Below, piece by piece: positions 1-13,502 of a DNA stretch of 64,000 bases. Source of the stretch: Raillietiella orientalis (Eukaryota); NCBI GenBank assembly GCA_036172245.1, contig JAYWIR010000026.1, forward strand, positions 682,001-746,000. The letters are read 5' to 3'. The notes under the pieces were generated by a model. It searched no databases. It had not been told where the DNA came from and saw only the letters and a program-made list of their open reading frames with translations. The position numbers were made by a program, and so were the translations under genes. Each line of letters begins with the position of its first letter. Position 1 is the stretch's first letter.

Positions 1-258
1 ATAGGGAAGTGCCGACGAGATCAGCGGCACACGATGTCTCACCGCCAGCCGCATTTCCAGCAGCTCTTTGCTGCCTCCATGGAATCGTGAAGGGCCTGAA
101 GAGATGCCAGGGGAGGCCAAGACGACGGGGACGCCATCTTCCTTGCAGTCCTCTTTCCTCAGGATGGCAACGAGATGACCGCATCTGGGAGATCTGCTGC
201 AGGAACTTGCCGGCATCAGGGGACGCCCCAGAGCGCACAGTGACCCCTTCTCGATCCC

Positions 259-2340
259 ATTTTTTTGTACCTTTTTTTTTTATTTCCTTCTATTTCATGT
301 TTCCGCAGAATCCACCCCTCATGCAAGAGGAACCCTGTTGTGAGGAGCGGCCTACCAGCAGGGTGTGCAAAGGTGCTTGTTGCCAAGGAAACACGTGCCA
401 AAGCGGTGGCAGAACGTTCGCCTCAGACGAAACCCTCTTGGAGGCCACAGGAACGACGCTGCGAGAGAATAGCGCGAGAGGGGTGCCACCACCCTCTCCG
501 CCTTCGCGGCGCCGCGCTGTCCACGTGAAGTTTTTAGCCGATCTGCGCAACGGCCTCAGGGAGGATTTCATCTGAGGAGAACGCCCGGCCACCGCTTTCG
601 GACTTGTAACCTTGGCAACCAGCACCTTTGAGCACCCCGGTGTAGGGATGCGGCTCACAAAAGGAGGGTAGTGGTCATACGGTCCTCAAGGTTGTTCATT
701 AAGAAAGGGAGGGACGCGGAGGAACATTTCTGCAATGCCTTCGGCGCAACGCACTCTTCGCCCCTGGAGAACCCGCAACCGGATGCTCTCCTCGTCCAAT
801 ATTTCGCATCGCGTGGCACGGAGGCGCCCAGTGGAACATGGGCAGCGCCCCTGCAGCCACCTGAGGGGGAGGAGGCGCGAGTTCTCCGTCGTGAACCGCA
901 GCTCGGCATCTCCACGACGGGAAGCGCAGATGGTTAGGAGGCAAAAGGGAAGCATCCTTCCGGCCGGGGTCGAAAGTTTCTCCCAGTAGGACACGGGAAA
1001 CGTGAGAGGAGTGGACCAGAAGAGATGGTCCCCAGGAAAAGTCCGTCGAGGACGGTAGCACCTCTTCATCTCTGCCGAGGGGTTGCCGGGAAGGAGTCCA
1101 CCTCCCGGGGAACGAGTTATCCGGGAGGATCGGGGGTTGTTGCGACGCCAGCGAGCTGACCCGCGGTCCATCCGGTTACTTAGAGGTTTTCCGCCGCCCG
1201 AGTTCTCGCGGGAAGCTTCCCACGCCCAGCCTGTAGACAGGCGCCACGAGTCCCCAAAGCGGCAGGCACTGCTGCGGCGAAGGGCAGGTCAGCGTCGCCA
1301 GTTCACACGGACCTACCACCTCCGTGGTCATTCCGCCGTTCCGGTGGCATGGATAGAGCTTGGTGACGTCACACGTGGAATTGTTGATGCCAGCTTGCGT
1401 TCGAACCGTCTTCTTCCGCCAGGCTTGGGTGTTTGTGGGGCGGTAGGAGACCCACTGGTGTGTGCGCTCTTGCGTGGGTGGCCACTTGCCCGAGCTGGAA
1501 GCCTCAGAAAGCCAGGATCCGGAAGCAGGGTTGTCAGTCCATCTTCGTCTAGCCAGTCTACCCGCAATGGTCTGAGCTGTCCTCGTACTTCACATCCCAG
1601 ACTGAGCCATTTCATCACACCTAGATGATATCGACCGCAAGGGGCTCTTCGGGATGGCAGCCACATTTTGGCGGCAAGGCATCGCCCCTGTCGGAGACCA
1701 CGTGGTGACGGTCTCCGCGCGTGGCACCGGGCGTCGCGGGTTCGAATACTCAACAAGAATCGACGCCGAGAGATGGGGGATGCGTTGCAGGTTCGAGTCT
1801 CTCCCGCGAGATGATGCTGGTCAGCTTCTATTCGTTAGGGTGCAGCGCAGGTCGCGGTTTATCCTGGATACCCCGATGAGTGGCTGGGATTGGGAGTCGA
1901 CAAATCGACAGACGACATTCCGGGATCCTTCCAGGAATCAAGGAGGGGGAGTTCCTTCTCCAGTTGTGCAAAGGAGAGGACATCCTCTCCGTGGGGCGAC
2001 CTCCGTCTCGTACCATGGAGTTGGTGTGTCGCCACCTCTCCAGGGTGCAAAGAAGCGACCAACATCTTTAACAGGTGGCAGGGAATTGCCACTGAAGAGG
2101 CAGAAGGCGAGTCTGGAAAGGCAAGCATTTCCGGTAGGCCCTATGGGCGACATCCGGGTGTTGAGGCCGATGCAAAGATGACACTTCCTCCTTTCACGCA
2201 CGTTCCGATGTGAAGGAGGGTCGCCATCCAGAGGCGGCTGAGAGATAGAAGGGCTGCTGGCTGCCCGGACCGTCCCCCGCAGAGAAAACCGTTTCGAATT
2301 AAATCTCTTGACTCTGGTAGCGCGGTCGGCTCCTTGCACA
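259..2340 (-). mobile_element. Decayed non-LTR retroelement copy (L1/Tx1-like derivative, no RT visible)
   Basis: The block at ~1700-1950 (GGTTCGAAT...GATGAGTGGCTGGGATT...GGATCCTTCCAGGAATCAAGGAG) recurs at ~6640, ~18490-18700 and inverted at ~21880-22050 and ~22940-23200. Minus-strand AAGALP...GCG...EEC...KC at ~860-730 resembles the ORF2 C-terminal zinc-knuckle region. An A-rich tail with AATAAA lies on the minus strand at ~259-297. Boundaries approximate. Confidence 0.55.
332..669. repeat. Long imperfect inverted repeat (arms ~332-450 and ~548-669)
   Basis: GGGTGTGCAAAGGTGCTTGTTGCCAAGG...AAAGCGGTGGC...CCTCAGACGAAACCCTC on the left matches the reverse complement of GAGGATTTCATCTGAGG...GCCACCGCTTT...CCTTGGCAACCAGCACCTTTGAGCACCC. 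The opposite-strand ORFs 265-528 and 290-658 translate to similar peptides. Confidence 0.9.
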
Positions 2341-4799
2341 CCTCCTCTGAGGGCCGGTGCCCGAATGCAAGGAATTAGATTGGCTCAGTACCACGTTACA
2401 GAGGAAAGAGGCATCGCATTAGGTGTTGATTTTGGTGCCCTTTTCTATTATCATGTACATGCTGATGCTGGACTTTCAAAAGTTTCCATGAATCACCAAA
2501 GAGTGGCTTCTTTTTTTGACATTCCCCTTTTTCGTTGACATGAGCAGCAACTAGATTGCTTTGGGGACTTGGAAATTTGTGATGACACTCATACACTGAA
2601 CATTGGCGGAGAGCACTTGTACGTACAGTTGAACTTCGAAGCTCCTCGTGCCTTATCAGGTTGTTCGAGTTTACAAATCATCAGTGTGAAGCGAGCATAC
2701 AAAAAAAATGAGTTGAACCGAGTCGTAGCATAAATCAGAAAGCACTCGGCTAGATGATAACCTCTTATTTGACACTTGAAACAATGCATGATGAAAACAT
2801 ATGGGGAACGTTTATTTAGTTCATGTGGGATACTTGGAAGATTTTTACTGCGGTTGATTAGTCATTATTTTCTACAAGATATGATTGGTAATCAAAGTTG
2901 AAACGCTACAATAATCAAAAGTGTTACAGAAATTCATCTTGATGATGTGTTTTTCCAATATTTGAATCGCACATCTAACAAACCTAATATCCCAGCTTTT
3001 TCCTTTAGGATTCAATGTAGATGATGCTGTGATTTTTTTTTTTTTTTATTCAAGTGCTTTCGTTAATTGGAAACAATTTTTCTTTACGATTTTAGACTTC
3101 ATAGTTTATCATCTGAACAAAACCCAAAGATCAAGTCTTGACAAAGATTCTCCATCGTTCATAGTACGCTTTCAGATTTACATTGATAAGCAGAAGATCC
3201 CATAGTGAAATATGGTGACGATTAGGGCATCAGCAAATCCTTTTCCACGTTTACTGCATCTTGAGAAGACGAAAATTCATGATCCCACAGATCCCAATAA
3301 AAGTTGATTTTTGTTGTCCTCTAGTTATTAGTTTTATTATATACTTCAACCTCTTTTTCTTTGTGAGCAGTGAATGACAAGAAAAAAAGCACCTCACTTG
3401 TTAAGACAAAGAATATCCTCATAGAATAAACAATTTGAAGTTATCCATTTTCCGATTGAATGACCGAGTTTTGGAGGCTAAATTATTTTGTTTATGTGCA
3501 ACAGAATTGCTGGACTTGAAGGGCTCGAAAAATAAGCCTTAGTTTTCTTAATATTTATTTGATCTGCCCATAATTTTCACTTAATTTCAAAAGCTAGGTT
3601 GTTTGAACTCTCCATTACTCTCTCCTAAAACTTCCCTTTTGAGAAAACTAATACCTATTGAAGTGATTGTTAATCCGAGGAATTTATGTTACTTACAGGC
3701 AAAAGTGTTCTGGATGTGTCATGCAAATTTAATGATACCTTATTTAATGTACTGGTATCACTGTTCGCGATAAATGTACAGTGTTGGGAAGCGGGTGCGC
3801 ATCATTTTGGTGGGGATGGCAGCGAAAGGTGGGCGGAATAGGCCGAAAGGCACTCCAAAGCCAAAGTCAAAACAAGGAAGGCCGTTGTGAGAGTGCACAC
3901 ACACTTTTCGAGCATCACTGTCCCGGAAGTAATTATCATGTTCCTCCAAAAACTCGAAATTTCGCTCCCAAAAGTAAGCTTCATTTGACTCGGTTGTGTG
4001 GCCCGTACATGGAAGTTTTCATATGTTGGCATTTATAAGTATGGAATGCACACTTGCAATAATCGTGCCCAAAGGTAAAAAGGAAAAAAGAATCACAGCG
4101 TTAGTGATTATTATTTTTTGAGAACTTTCAAGTATTCGATGGGTTCCTTTGTTGTCTTTTCAAAGTAACTGTGTTTCGTACAACATGTATTGATTCTGTA
4201 TTTGTTCCAAGCTTTGCAGAATTGCGTGACAACCCCGCTGTATGTGTGAAAGATAACTGTGCAAAATATGAATTACAGGAACCACCGTACCACTCGAAGC
4301 AGAACTTTCTGTGTTTGTATGCCTAGGAGTCTCAATATTCCAGCGAATTTTAAGGAATTGCCACAGTAATAGTTAAAGTAACGATTATGAACAGTAACAC
4401 ATTTTCGTAAACAGTACAGTCTTATGGTTGATAAGGCAGTTATATATGGAAAAAAAATAATATCGTAGGCCGACTCTCAACGAATTAATCTAGAGCACGA
4501 ATGTGTTTCGGTACGAATACATCTTTCCAGATAAATATTAAACCATAAGAAATGGCAGTGTGTATGTGTTTGTTTGGGCGTATGTACCCACCAGGGTAAG
4601 CACATTTGAAACGAAAAATAATGTGCATGTCCACCGAACTTGTGTGACTTAGTTGCAAGCTCCTGAAGGCTGTTCAGATTTGCTGAGATAGGATCTCTTT
4701 CTAGATTTTAATTTCTTACATTCAACTATGAGCTCCAAGTGACGAATCACCTTTATTTTATCAACTGGAAATGATTAAAAACGATCGTTCCTAGCATTC

Positions 4800-5361
4800 A
4801 TGACAATGCCTACAGCTGTGTCTGAAACTGAAGAGCAGCAAAAACTAAGATTTCAAGTAGAGTTGGAATTTGTGCAGTGTTTAGCAAATCCACAGTACCT
4901 ATTATGTAAGCAAAGGAGAAATCAAATTTAAATCAAACTTACTGCTTTTTCATTACAAAATTCTGCATTTCATTTTTTTTTAATATACCATCAGTTCTAG
5001 CTCAAAGGGGATATTTTAAGGATCCTGCTTTCATAAATTACCTGAAATACTTGGAATATTGGAAAATGCATCCATATGTCAAGTACATCAAGTACGTATT
5101 GTGATTATTATTCAGAAGTTTGTATTCCTTGCACTTGTCTCCTCCAGGTATCCAATGTGCCTGTTTTTCTTAGAATTGCTTCAGTATGAGGCATTCAGAA
5201 ATGAGTTGATGAATAGTCAATGCACAAAGTTTATTGAGGATCAGATGCTTCTTCATTGGCAAATATACACACGAAAAAGGCTGAGGTTAATGATGCAGCA
5301 TCAGTCTCATCAACAAGAAGCAAATCAGGCAACCTCAAATTTAAATATGCTGAAAACATGA
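4800..5361 (+). CDS. MED31: Mediator of RNA polymerase II transcription subunit 31; exons 4800-4905, 4995-5091, 5148-5361
   Basis: Spliced translation [59 protein letters not shown]...YPMCLFFLELLQYEAFRNEL... carries the MED31/SOH1 signature [15 protein letters not shown]. Both introns are GT-AG with matching phases. Confidence 0.97.
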
Positions 5362-6629
5362 TCCCGACTTGTGTGCTGAAATTCACTTCATTTTACAAAC
5401 TAGGGATTGATTGTATTGTTTTGATAAATTGAATTGGCATAGATGCATGTGCATTATGGAAGCCCTTTGTTAGCAATGAAGAAAGTAGACATAGCTGGAC
5501 TCCTTGGAAGATAAAGTTTCACTTTGGTGCTTGTGAAAACGAGTTCACAGCATTTATGAGAGCAAGAGGTTCATGCATGAGTAAGTTTCCAAGTTGTTGA
5601 AAAAATTTTCTATCAGAAATTTGGTTGCAACGCAGAATGGGGCTTACAGCTCCTGCCTTTAATTGCATATCTGATGTGTTTTAAAAAGTTGCTAACTGTT
5701 GCAATGGATGGTAACCTCTGTCAGCTGATCATGGCTCTCAAAAAGGATTGATTTCTCATTTAAGATTGATGTTTGTTCAATTATTTGTGACAGTCAAATG
5801 AAACAACTGAGTTTGGTTGATTCAGATTTGTATCCCCCCCCCCCCCAGTGAAAGGAAGTCACAGGCGTTAAAGATGAAGCCAAACAATTGTCTATTCAAA
5901 TACTGAATCCTTGAGAATTTTGCAAACATCTTTGTGGGGGTGGCCCAGTGAAAAACAAGATAAAGTACAGCACAAGGCAAAGTTTGGAATTTGGTGGCAC
6001 AAGTAGTGCAACTTTCTGGTTCTGATCTCCAGTGATGAGTGCAGTGGTTTCCCCAGTGTCGGAAAAAGTGTTTTCGACTCTTGTGGGCAACGTGCCCCTT
6101 TTTTTGCAAACAGTGCGAATATCGTAACTGATGTTGTGTGCTGTTCAAATGGGAAAAGGAAGAATCTGATGCATGAGCATCAGGGGGAGGGAAAGCAAAT
6201 AAATGGGAAAAAAAAACACTTTTTACTTTGCATGTACATATTTATACTCACGAACTCTGTTTTGGATGCCTGCAAGATCATTGTGCTGGGATTGAAATAG
6301 TGCAGTGGTGTGCATGAGCCATTGTCAGTGAACTGGTAATTGCAGGCAAGTGGAACAAGTTCATGTTGGTACAGAAGGCGACTGATTTCTCTTTTTTTTT
6401 TTTCTCTCTAAGAACCAATGAAGGGGGAGACTATTTTTGAAAGCCAAGTGTCATTTATTTTCTATCTGCATGCCCATAGTTTTGAAAATGAAAGGAATTT
6501 TTTTTACACTGAAAGTGTTGCCTTCTTGGCATCAGACAAAATGGTCCTTTTGCACTGTTCGAGTTGCCCCCACAAGATAAGCCTGGTTGATCTATATTCA
6601 GGTGAGGCACTGGTAGCTGAAAGACCAGA

Positions 6630-8200
6630 TGCCCTCGATGAGTGGCTGGGATTAGAAGTTGACCTTCTGGGGTCCTTCTAGGAATCAAGGACCCCGGTTC
6701 CCCACCGGGTGCGAAAATGGAGCCGTTCTCTCCCCACCCACGCCTCTTGGGGGGGCCCTCCATCTCGCATGATGGATCTGCTTGATTGATACCTCTCCAG
6801 AGTGTGAAGAACAGTGCTGCTCCCTTCGCAAGCGTCCCTTCGGTGTTCTCTTCAGAGGGGGAAACATGGAGCGGATCCTTTCCAGCCTCCATTCAGACAA
6901 GAAACGAGAAGTGCCTTCCTCCTCCCAGGGTCCTCCCCGAAGAGAATAAGAAAGAGGTTCTCTTCGGAGGCAGCCAGGGTGAAGGCGTTCCTTCCCAAGC
7001 GTGAGAGGAACGGACTCCCTCCTCTGCAGCCCTTCCTGGAGATTGTCGCCGGAGAGGTGTTCAGCATCCGAGTCCCACGAACCTTTCTCGTCGCTCCCTG
7101 TGCAGTCGAAGATCGAATCACTTTCCAGCACCCGTTGTATTTTCGGGGAAGTCTCTTCGGCCCCTCGAAAGCCGTCAAACCGTAAACCGTGGTCGCTGAA
7201 GTTTTTCCGAGCCTCGTTCGTGCTAACCCGCGTGACTTCACATCAGCGCACCTCAGTGTTCTTGACCGTCACGTAAATGGTGTAGGTCCTCTAGAAATCT
7301 TTCAGAATGGGTGCGCCATCGTCTCTTCTGAATCTCAGTGGTTGAGCGAGTGAAGGTTTCTGGGAGCTGAGGAGAACAAACGTTAATTGCCCTTGGGATT
7401 TGGTTTGGTTCATTTGATAAACCGCAGAAATGTGCGCCATACTCAAGTGTCGCGGGAAGTCCGAGCTGGGGCAGTTGGAGCAAGCAGTCCATAAAAAAAC
7501 TTGACCCAGTCGTACGTCCTCCCGTGTCTTCTGTGTTCGCTCCATTTTGTAGGAATGACGCCAGCGACCCGTATCGCATATTTCCGGGTTTGGGAGGTCG
7601 CTCACGAACATTGTGTCCGTGTGGTTGTTTCTGGAAGACAAACGGGAACCAGACAGCCGGCCTGTGTTTCAGTCCATCTTCCCCGGTGCTCTCCATTCGA
7701 AAAACCCCGAAAGCCTGAGAATACTCTCTAGGTTGAAGGTTCTCAAAATCAGCGAGGTCTTCGCCTCCGGGAATGAAGGTTACGGGAGCACCTTTGCATG
7801 TGTAGCGATGGAGCTGTTTGCTCCAGCACTTCACACGAAGGGAACCGATGGATTTCGTTCCGTTTTGACAAACCCTTGTATGCTGCTAATGGTGGAATAT
7901 TCTGGCGCACAACTGTTAAACTCGAGAGATGCTTGAGAGGAAGAAAACTCGGCGGCGCATCCTCTCTTAGCTCTGATGGGAATGAATGCTGCAAGATTTC
8001 TTACCCGGCGGATTTTTCCGAGCTCCAAGACAGCGATGCGCACGAGCTTCATGGGAAAAGAACGTGACTCTTGCAAGTCACAAACTCTTGCAGATCAAGG
8101 GGGGGTGAAAGAGAGACGGACAGATACTCCGCAGTGCTCTGAATATTCTACCAAAGAGTATCTCATGGATGGCCTTCAAGGAAGAAGATCAGCAAGATAG
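6630..8200 (-). mobile_element. Decayed retroelement copy with ORF1(gag)-like remnant
   Basis: Homologous to the other copies at 6640-7030 (RESVPLTLG peptide shared with the 21664-22113 ORF). Minus ORF 7253-7834 contains YG...TTG...LPATLEYGAHF, reminiscent of the L1/Tx1 ORF1 region before the zinc knuckles. Boundaries approximate. Confidence 0.5.
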
Positions 8201-8847
8201 ATTCTATCTGTCCAGACGAATGGTGCGCGAACAGCTGGGTACCGACATCGAGCCAGGAATCAGGAATGGAAGCTGCTCGGATTAGAAGAATTGGGGCGCC
8301 TTTGAATTCAGGCTCACGCAATTGAAATGTCAGCATTTTATTGAACAGCTTCTTCTCACAGTTTTAAGCACTTGCCGGTCTTGACAAGGTTACCACCGAC
8401 TGATGTACGCAGCATAAGGAATTGTCAAGTGCAGCATTGGTACCCAGAAAAATAGGAACTTGCACGTGGCTTCGATCCATGGTCTTCTCTCGAAGGCACC
8501 TTCTCAGTCCTTCCTTCGAACGGGCGGTTTCCTCAGAGCTTTCATCTCTGCCGGTTTCCTAGCTAACGCGTCGGTCCGTGGAACGACTCTCGAAGCGTTC
8601 CGTTTACCAGCCGTGCTCTGCGGGGACACAGAAAGGAGGCATCATTGGCGACGGTTGCACACGACGGGGCACACATCAGAGAGCAAAACCCATTCTCGCC
8701 ACGAGGTGTCTCTTTTCATTACGCTCTCAAAGAGGAACGTGGAAAGTTGGGGTCTCGTTCTGTAACAGAATTGTGAGAACGCATTCCCCTTTCGATGGAA
8801 GCCATCCTTGCCTAATGACGCTGCGTGTACCAGACTCCAAGATTCCT

Positions 8848-8943
8848 ATATACATGTGCACACACACCACTTACACACACATATTACATATATATGTGTG
8901 TGTGTGCATGTACTTATGTATAATTCATGTTTCATGTATATAC
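8848..8943. repeat. Degenerate (CA)n/(TA)n/(TG)n microsatellite, self-complementary
   Basis: cacacacac...acacacacatattacatatatatgtgtgtgtgtgcatg. Confidence 0.7.
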
Positions 8944-10666
8944 AGTCGTACCTCGGTATTCGTCGGCAATTCCTTCCGACACACGTGACGAGTGCCGAAA
9001 CCGACGAGTACCGAACGAATTTTTCCTACAAGGAATAATGGAAATGCAGAAAAGTTCCTCGAAATTTTCACATTCTACTGTGCAAATTGTACACTGATGT
9101 GTTTATGTCGTAATACAAACATAAAAACGAAACAGACAGGCATAAAAAGCAATAATCAGATACAGTTTAATCACAGACTTCACACCTTTAGCAGCACTTG
9201 CTGCCTTAATGGCTTCCTTATGGCTTACCACTGTCCAGATCGTCTTTCCCGGAATTCGGCACTCGCGGGAAGGGGTCGGAAGACTCGCCGCTGAGAGTTT
9301 TAGCAACCCGGCGCGGGCTCCTGGAGTCGCTCCTCGGGAGCACACAGTCCCGGACTGTGGGGATGCCGTAGCGACCCACAGCAGCCATACGAGTCGGATT
9401 CATACCACCCTCCCTCAAACTCAGCTATGATCTCGTTTTCCACTCCCACTGCGGCTCTCCTTAATGGCCCTTTAGGTTTATTGCTATCCTTTCTAGGCTT
9501 CGTGGTATCATTTTTAACCATTTTAAGACCCACGGTCAACGCTTAAAATGCACAGAAAGTACCAAACAGAAAAGGAACGACTCGAGAGGCACCCTATAAG
9601 GAAGTGCTCGGCACTGTTCTTCAGCCACCGTGGGACGAAAGCGTTCACTCGTTTCATCTGAGTGGGTGGGGTGATGTCGAGTTCCGAGCATGCGCCGAGT
9701 GTCGCAACATTTTTTTTTTTTCCTCTCTTCAAAATGCGACGAGTACTGAGTTTGACGAGCTCCGACACCATCGAGTACCGAGTTACGACTGTACATATAT
9801 TGTGTAGCAGTGAAGTACACATACGTGCACCAAGTTCTCGTTTAGAGCAAGCGATGATTGCTTTCCAGAGGGTAACGATAGCTGTACATTACAAACAGAA
9901 AAAAGGCAAAAGACAAAAACGAACTTGGAAGCATCGCTCCGAATCTGCTGGTTCGTGTTCCAAAACTGTTGTTACAGATGCTGCGGATGAAGAACAAATT
10001 GTTACTAATTATTTGCGAATCGGCAAAAAATACAGATATAGTATTGAGATGTAGATCAGCAGGTATTTGGGATGTATTTGGGGCGCAAACGAAGAGGTAT
10101 CGGGGATGCATGTATGAGGATGCAAATCAAGAGGTACGGTACCATATTTGATGCTACTTGACATTTGTATGTCTTTTTTGCTTTTGTGACGAGGGCACCT
10201 CTTTGGCAGCAACAAAATGGAGAGAACAAGCGCTTTCATATCCCAACGGGAGAGCGCAGCTCAGGGAACTCGCGAGACAGACCCACCCTCCCAGCCCGGA
10301 ACCTTACCCGTTGGTCAGCTGGGTGACGCGAATCGGAGACCTCTCAGGAGCGAGGTCAAGGGTTGCTACGGTACAGGTGTAGTGCTGGGGCAGTGCAAAA
10401 TGAAAGCGGACTCTTCTAATGGGGAACAGGTGACCCCAGAACCGAGTTTGCCGCCCGGTTCCGGAATAGGTGCGGATCGAAGGAGAAAGAGTAACGAAAC
10501 GCTTGCACCCTCCTCCTCGCCACCGAGAGTTTTTTTTTTAAAAAAAAAAACAAAAAAAAACTTTTTTCAAGCTGGCGAGCAGCTTTTTTCAGACGGTCGC
10601 GCGTGGCCAGCGGGAGCGCGCGCAGCACACTCCGCCGGATAGCAGGCGAACAATCCCGCAGCTTAC

Positions 10667-12140
10667 CCGGTTGTGCCTCCAGACGGGATTCGCCCTGCTA
10701 GCAGCAGCACTAGCGGCAGCCTGGGATCCCGGGGGTCGCAGCCCGGGCAGGACGCCACCTCCATCCTCGCAGTGGCATCCCTTCCTCTGCCTTTCTCTCC
10801 CGACGACCCTTGAAACAGTCGCGCGCCGAGTGCCGCCGATCAGTCCCGGGGAGAGAGGGAAGCAGGGTCTCTCGCGGCGCGCGCGCGAAGGGGGGGAGGG
10901 AGCTCCGCTTACCCTAGATGACCTTTCTGCGTCCTCGGAGCCCTCCCGAGCGCGTCCAGGAGCAGCGACAGGCAGTCGTCTGTCTGGGTGCCAACGTCGC
11001 GGGACGGAATCTGAGAGCCGGAGGAGGCGGCGGCGGGCGTCCGACTTTCGTGGCGCGGGAGGGTTAGGATGCTGCACTGGACGCTGCGGGTTGCGCTGGG
11101 GCGTGTCTCGGGGGGCAGTCTCAGCTGCAGGATGTCGTCCTCCAGCTTCGCCACGCAGCCTCCGCACGGGCAAGGAGAGCGCCCTCCTGGAGGGGACCTG
11201 GACGCGTCTTCCTCTCTCTCCCGCGCCAGGGGGGCCGAGCGCTCTGGGTCGTCGCAGGAAGGCGAGCTGCAGCCTCCCTCGTCGGGCGACTCGTCCTCGG
11301 GTGCTCCCCACCGGGGAGGGCCGTGCTCCACGTTCTCCGGACGGAGCCCAGAGCGGGCCTTCCAGAAGGGGCGTCGTCTGCAGGCCCCGTTCCCGTCGTA
11401 GGCGCCTCCCTGCCGCCACCTGGAGCGCGGGGTCCTCGCTGGAGCGCGCGCGTGCCTGCCTTCTCTGGTCGCCCGTTCGGTTCCTCAGCAGACTCCTCTG
11501 GACCCAGTTGGGCACCGCCGCCGGCTGGGGGCAGCGGAGCGGACCGTTCTCCGGGCGCCGGAAGGCGCTGGCCCCCGGCGTTCCCGCTTCACCCCACTTG
11601 AGTCGCTTCTTCCTCCTCCTTTCCGCCTCCCGGTGCAGCCCGTCCTGGCAGAGCGGTGGCCACCGCTCACCCGGGCAGGGTCCGCCTGAAACGAAGCCTC
11701 GGGGCGAATGGTCGAGCGAAGGAGTACGCTCCCAAGAGGGATGGGTGGGAAGAGGCGGTGGGTCCCCGAAAGGAGGCAGGTCGGGTTTGCGGGAACCTCT
11801 GTGGCACCAGGAGTCGGCATCGCTCTGGTAACCCGAAGTCTCTCCGGACAAGCTCGGAGAGAACCGTAGCGGGTCCGTGCTCTTCAGCGACGGGAGCAGC
11901 TTTTCCTCGCACGCGCGGCACGACGGCGGCTGGAGCCCGCTCCCCTCGGTGCTCCTCGGTCCACCTTTCCCCCACGGGAACCACAGGCTGTCTATGTCTC
12001 CTGCCACAGAAGCAAAAAAAGACCGAAATTAGAAAACAAGGTCCTCGTGGCCCAGGGTCAGCCACCTTGTACTCGGTTCCACTGGACGCGCTTCCTTAGC
12101 AACAGCGCGCTTCCGTCCAAGTAGGTCATCAGAGGACGGC
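10667..12140 (-). CDS. Uncharacterised, probably disordered protein (partial model); candidate exons 12066-12140, from 12000 downward, an exon ending 10913, and 10667-10808
   Basis: GC3-rich frames bounded by plausible AG/GT sites with consistent phases. Peptides include SGETSGYQSDADSW and RSVQCS...RDVGTQTDD. A frame change near 11420-11490 is unresolved, and neither start nor stop is established. Confidence 0.4.
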
Positions 12141-12705
12141 CTATCCGGGGAGAAGGGAAAGGAAGCAAAAAAGAAGCATTTACTCGGGCAGATGCGAGCA
12201 AGCCACCCTGAAGCCGCTTCGTGCAGTCTTTCCGCTTCGCGACAAGGTCGATGCTCCCCAGCACACTAGGCGTCCTCTTTCCCTTAAGCGCTCATCGAGC
12301 CCGTCGCGCCACAGAACACTCGCTACTACGCGCGCGCATCCTGTGACACCAACCGGCGGTCGTCTCGACCGTGAACGCCGCAGTGCTGACGCATCCGCAA
12401 GCAAACCATGGCAACCCTGCTTCCCTCCCGTGCGCGAAACTCATCGCTTTCAGCAGTGCCGCACATCCGCTTCCTCCTCTCTTGTTTCTCTGCGTTTCGC
12501 GCGCGAATTCGCCCGTCCGCCGTCTCACGTAAGGAAGCCGAGGTGGCGCATCGCCCGGATGTGTATGTCACGGGGCAGCCGAGAGCGCGACCAGGGTGCC
12601 TCGTGGCTCCCGAAGTTTTCCTACGCGAATGCCCCAGGTGACGGGAACACCCGGCTAGACACTTCTTTCAAGCCATACGCTGGACGTAAGTACTCTTGGC
12701 ATACT

Positions 12706-13502
12706 CACGCCCTTCTACGTACATGCATGCACGTGCAACCTGTCTTCTTGAAAGTTCTAGAAGGGTTCCTGATTTAAATCAGGGAAAATGCGAGAGCAGG
12801 TCTTGCTTTCAGCCACGAACCGAACCTGACGTATTGGCCTCCAGAGCGAGAACCGGTTCTTCTCTCACGAAACTTTGGAACTCTTTCTTACACCACTGAG
12901 ACGACAAAGAATTCGGCTTGCCGACCGTCCTCAATGCAATCCTTACCGTTTGCGGAATCCTCCTCAGTTGCCAACCCCCCTCTCCCACCCCCCATCGTGG
13001 CGAGATCATTGTTGTGAATGAGAGTGCATTGTTGTGACTAAGGCCGGGAGAGTTCCGGGAGGCTAATCTTGGGGAGTTGCCTAGGAGACCGGCGAGTTCA
13101 TTGTTGTTCAACAAGGGAACCTGTCTGAGGCAGTTCTAGGCGAACGATGAATCTCGGGCAGTTGCCTAGGAGACCGGCTCAGATTCTAAAAATGGAATGC
13201 GGGGTTCCAGCGTCTTTGTGGTTGGTACATGTGAGCCATGGTTGTAACAAATCCATAAGATTTTCGTGCCGCCTTTCCGTTTTCGCGCTCGACGAAGCCG
13301 AAGTGCTGTCGTCGTGTTGTCCGTGGACACGTGTGTAAAATCTTGAAACCTTTTAAGAAAACCGAAACCGTGAGTTCTCCTGCTTTCGAGTTCCAGCCGG
13401 CGAAGAGTGGGTTTGGTGCCCCTGTCATTTCAAGGGCCGAAGAATGCAAAATGTACAATAAAGTGTTTATGCAAAAAGCTGGTGCATACGCTTTGAATCC
13501 GC
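12706..13502 (+). repeat. Left inverted-repeat arm
   Basis: ORFs 12696-12899, 13147-13338 and 13186-13743 are mirrored by 17165-17395, 16727-16918 and 16445-16879. The internal direct repeat GTTGCCTAGGAGACCGGC occurs at ~13076 and ~13161. Confidence 0.97.

Noticed and set aside
2360..3300. Coding-like AT-rich stretch (IALGVDFGALFYY...) with a downstream AATAAA
   Set aside because: Multiple stops and no recognisable family. Possibly a pseudogene, but not supportable.
10671..11831. 386-aa plus-strand ORF
   Set aside because: Arg/Gly/Ser-rich shadow of GC-rich minus-strand coding sequence.
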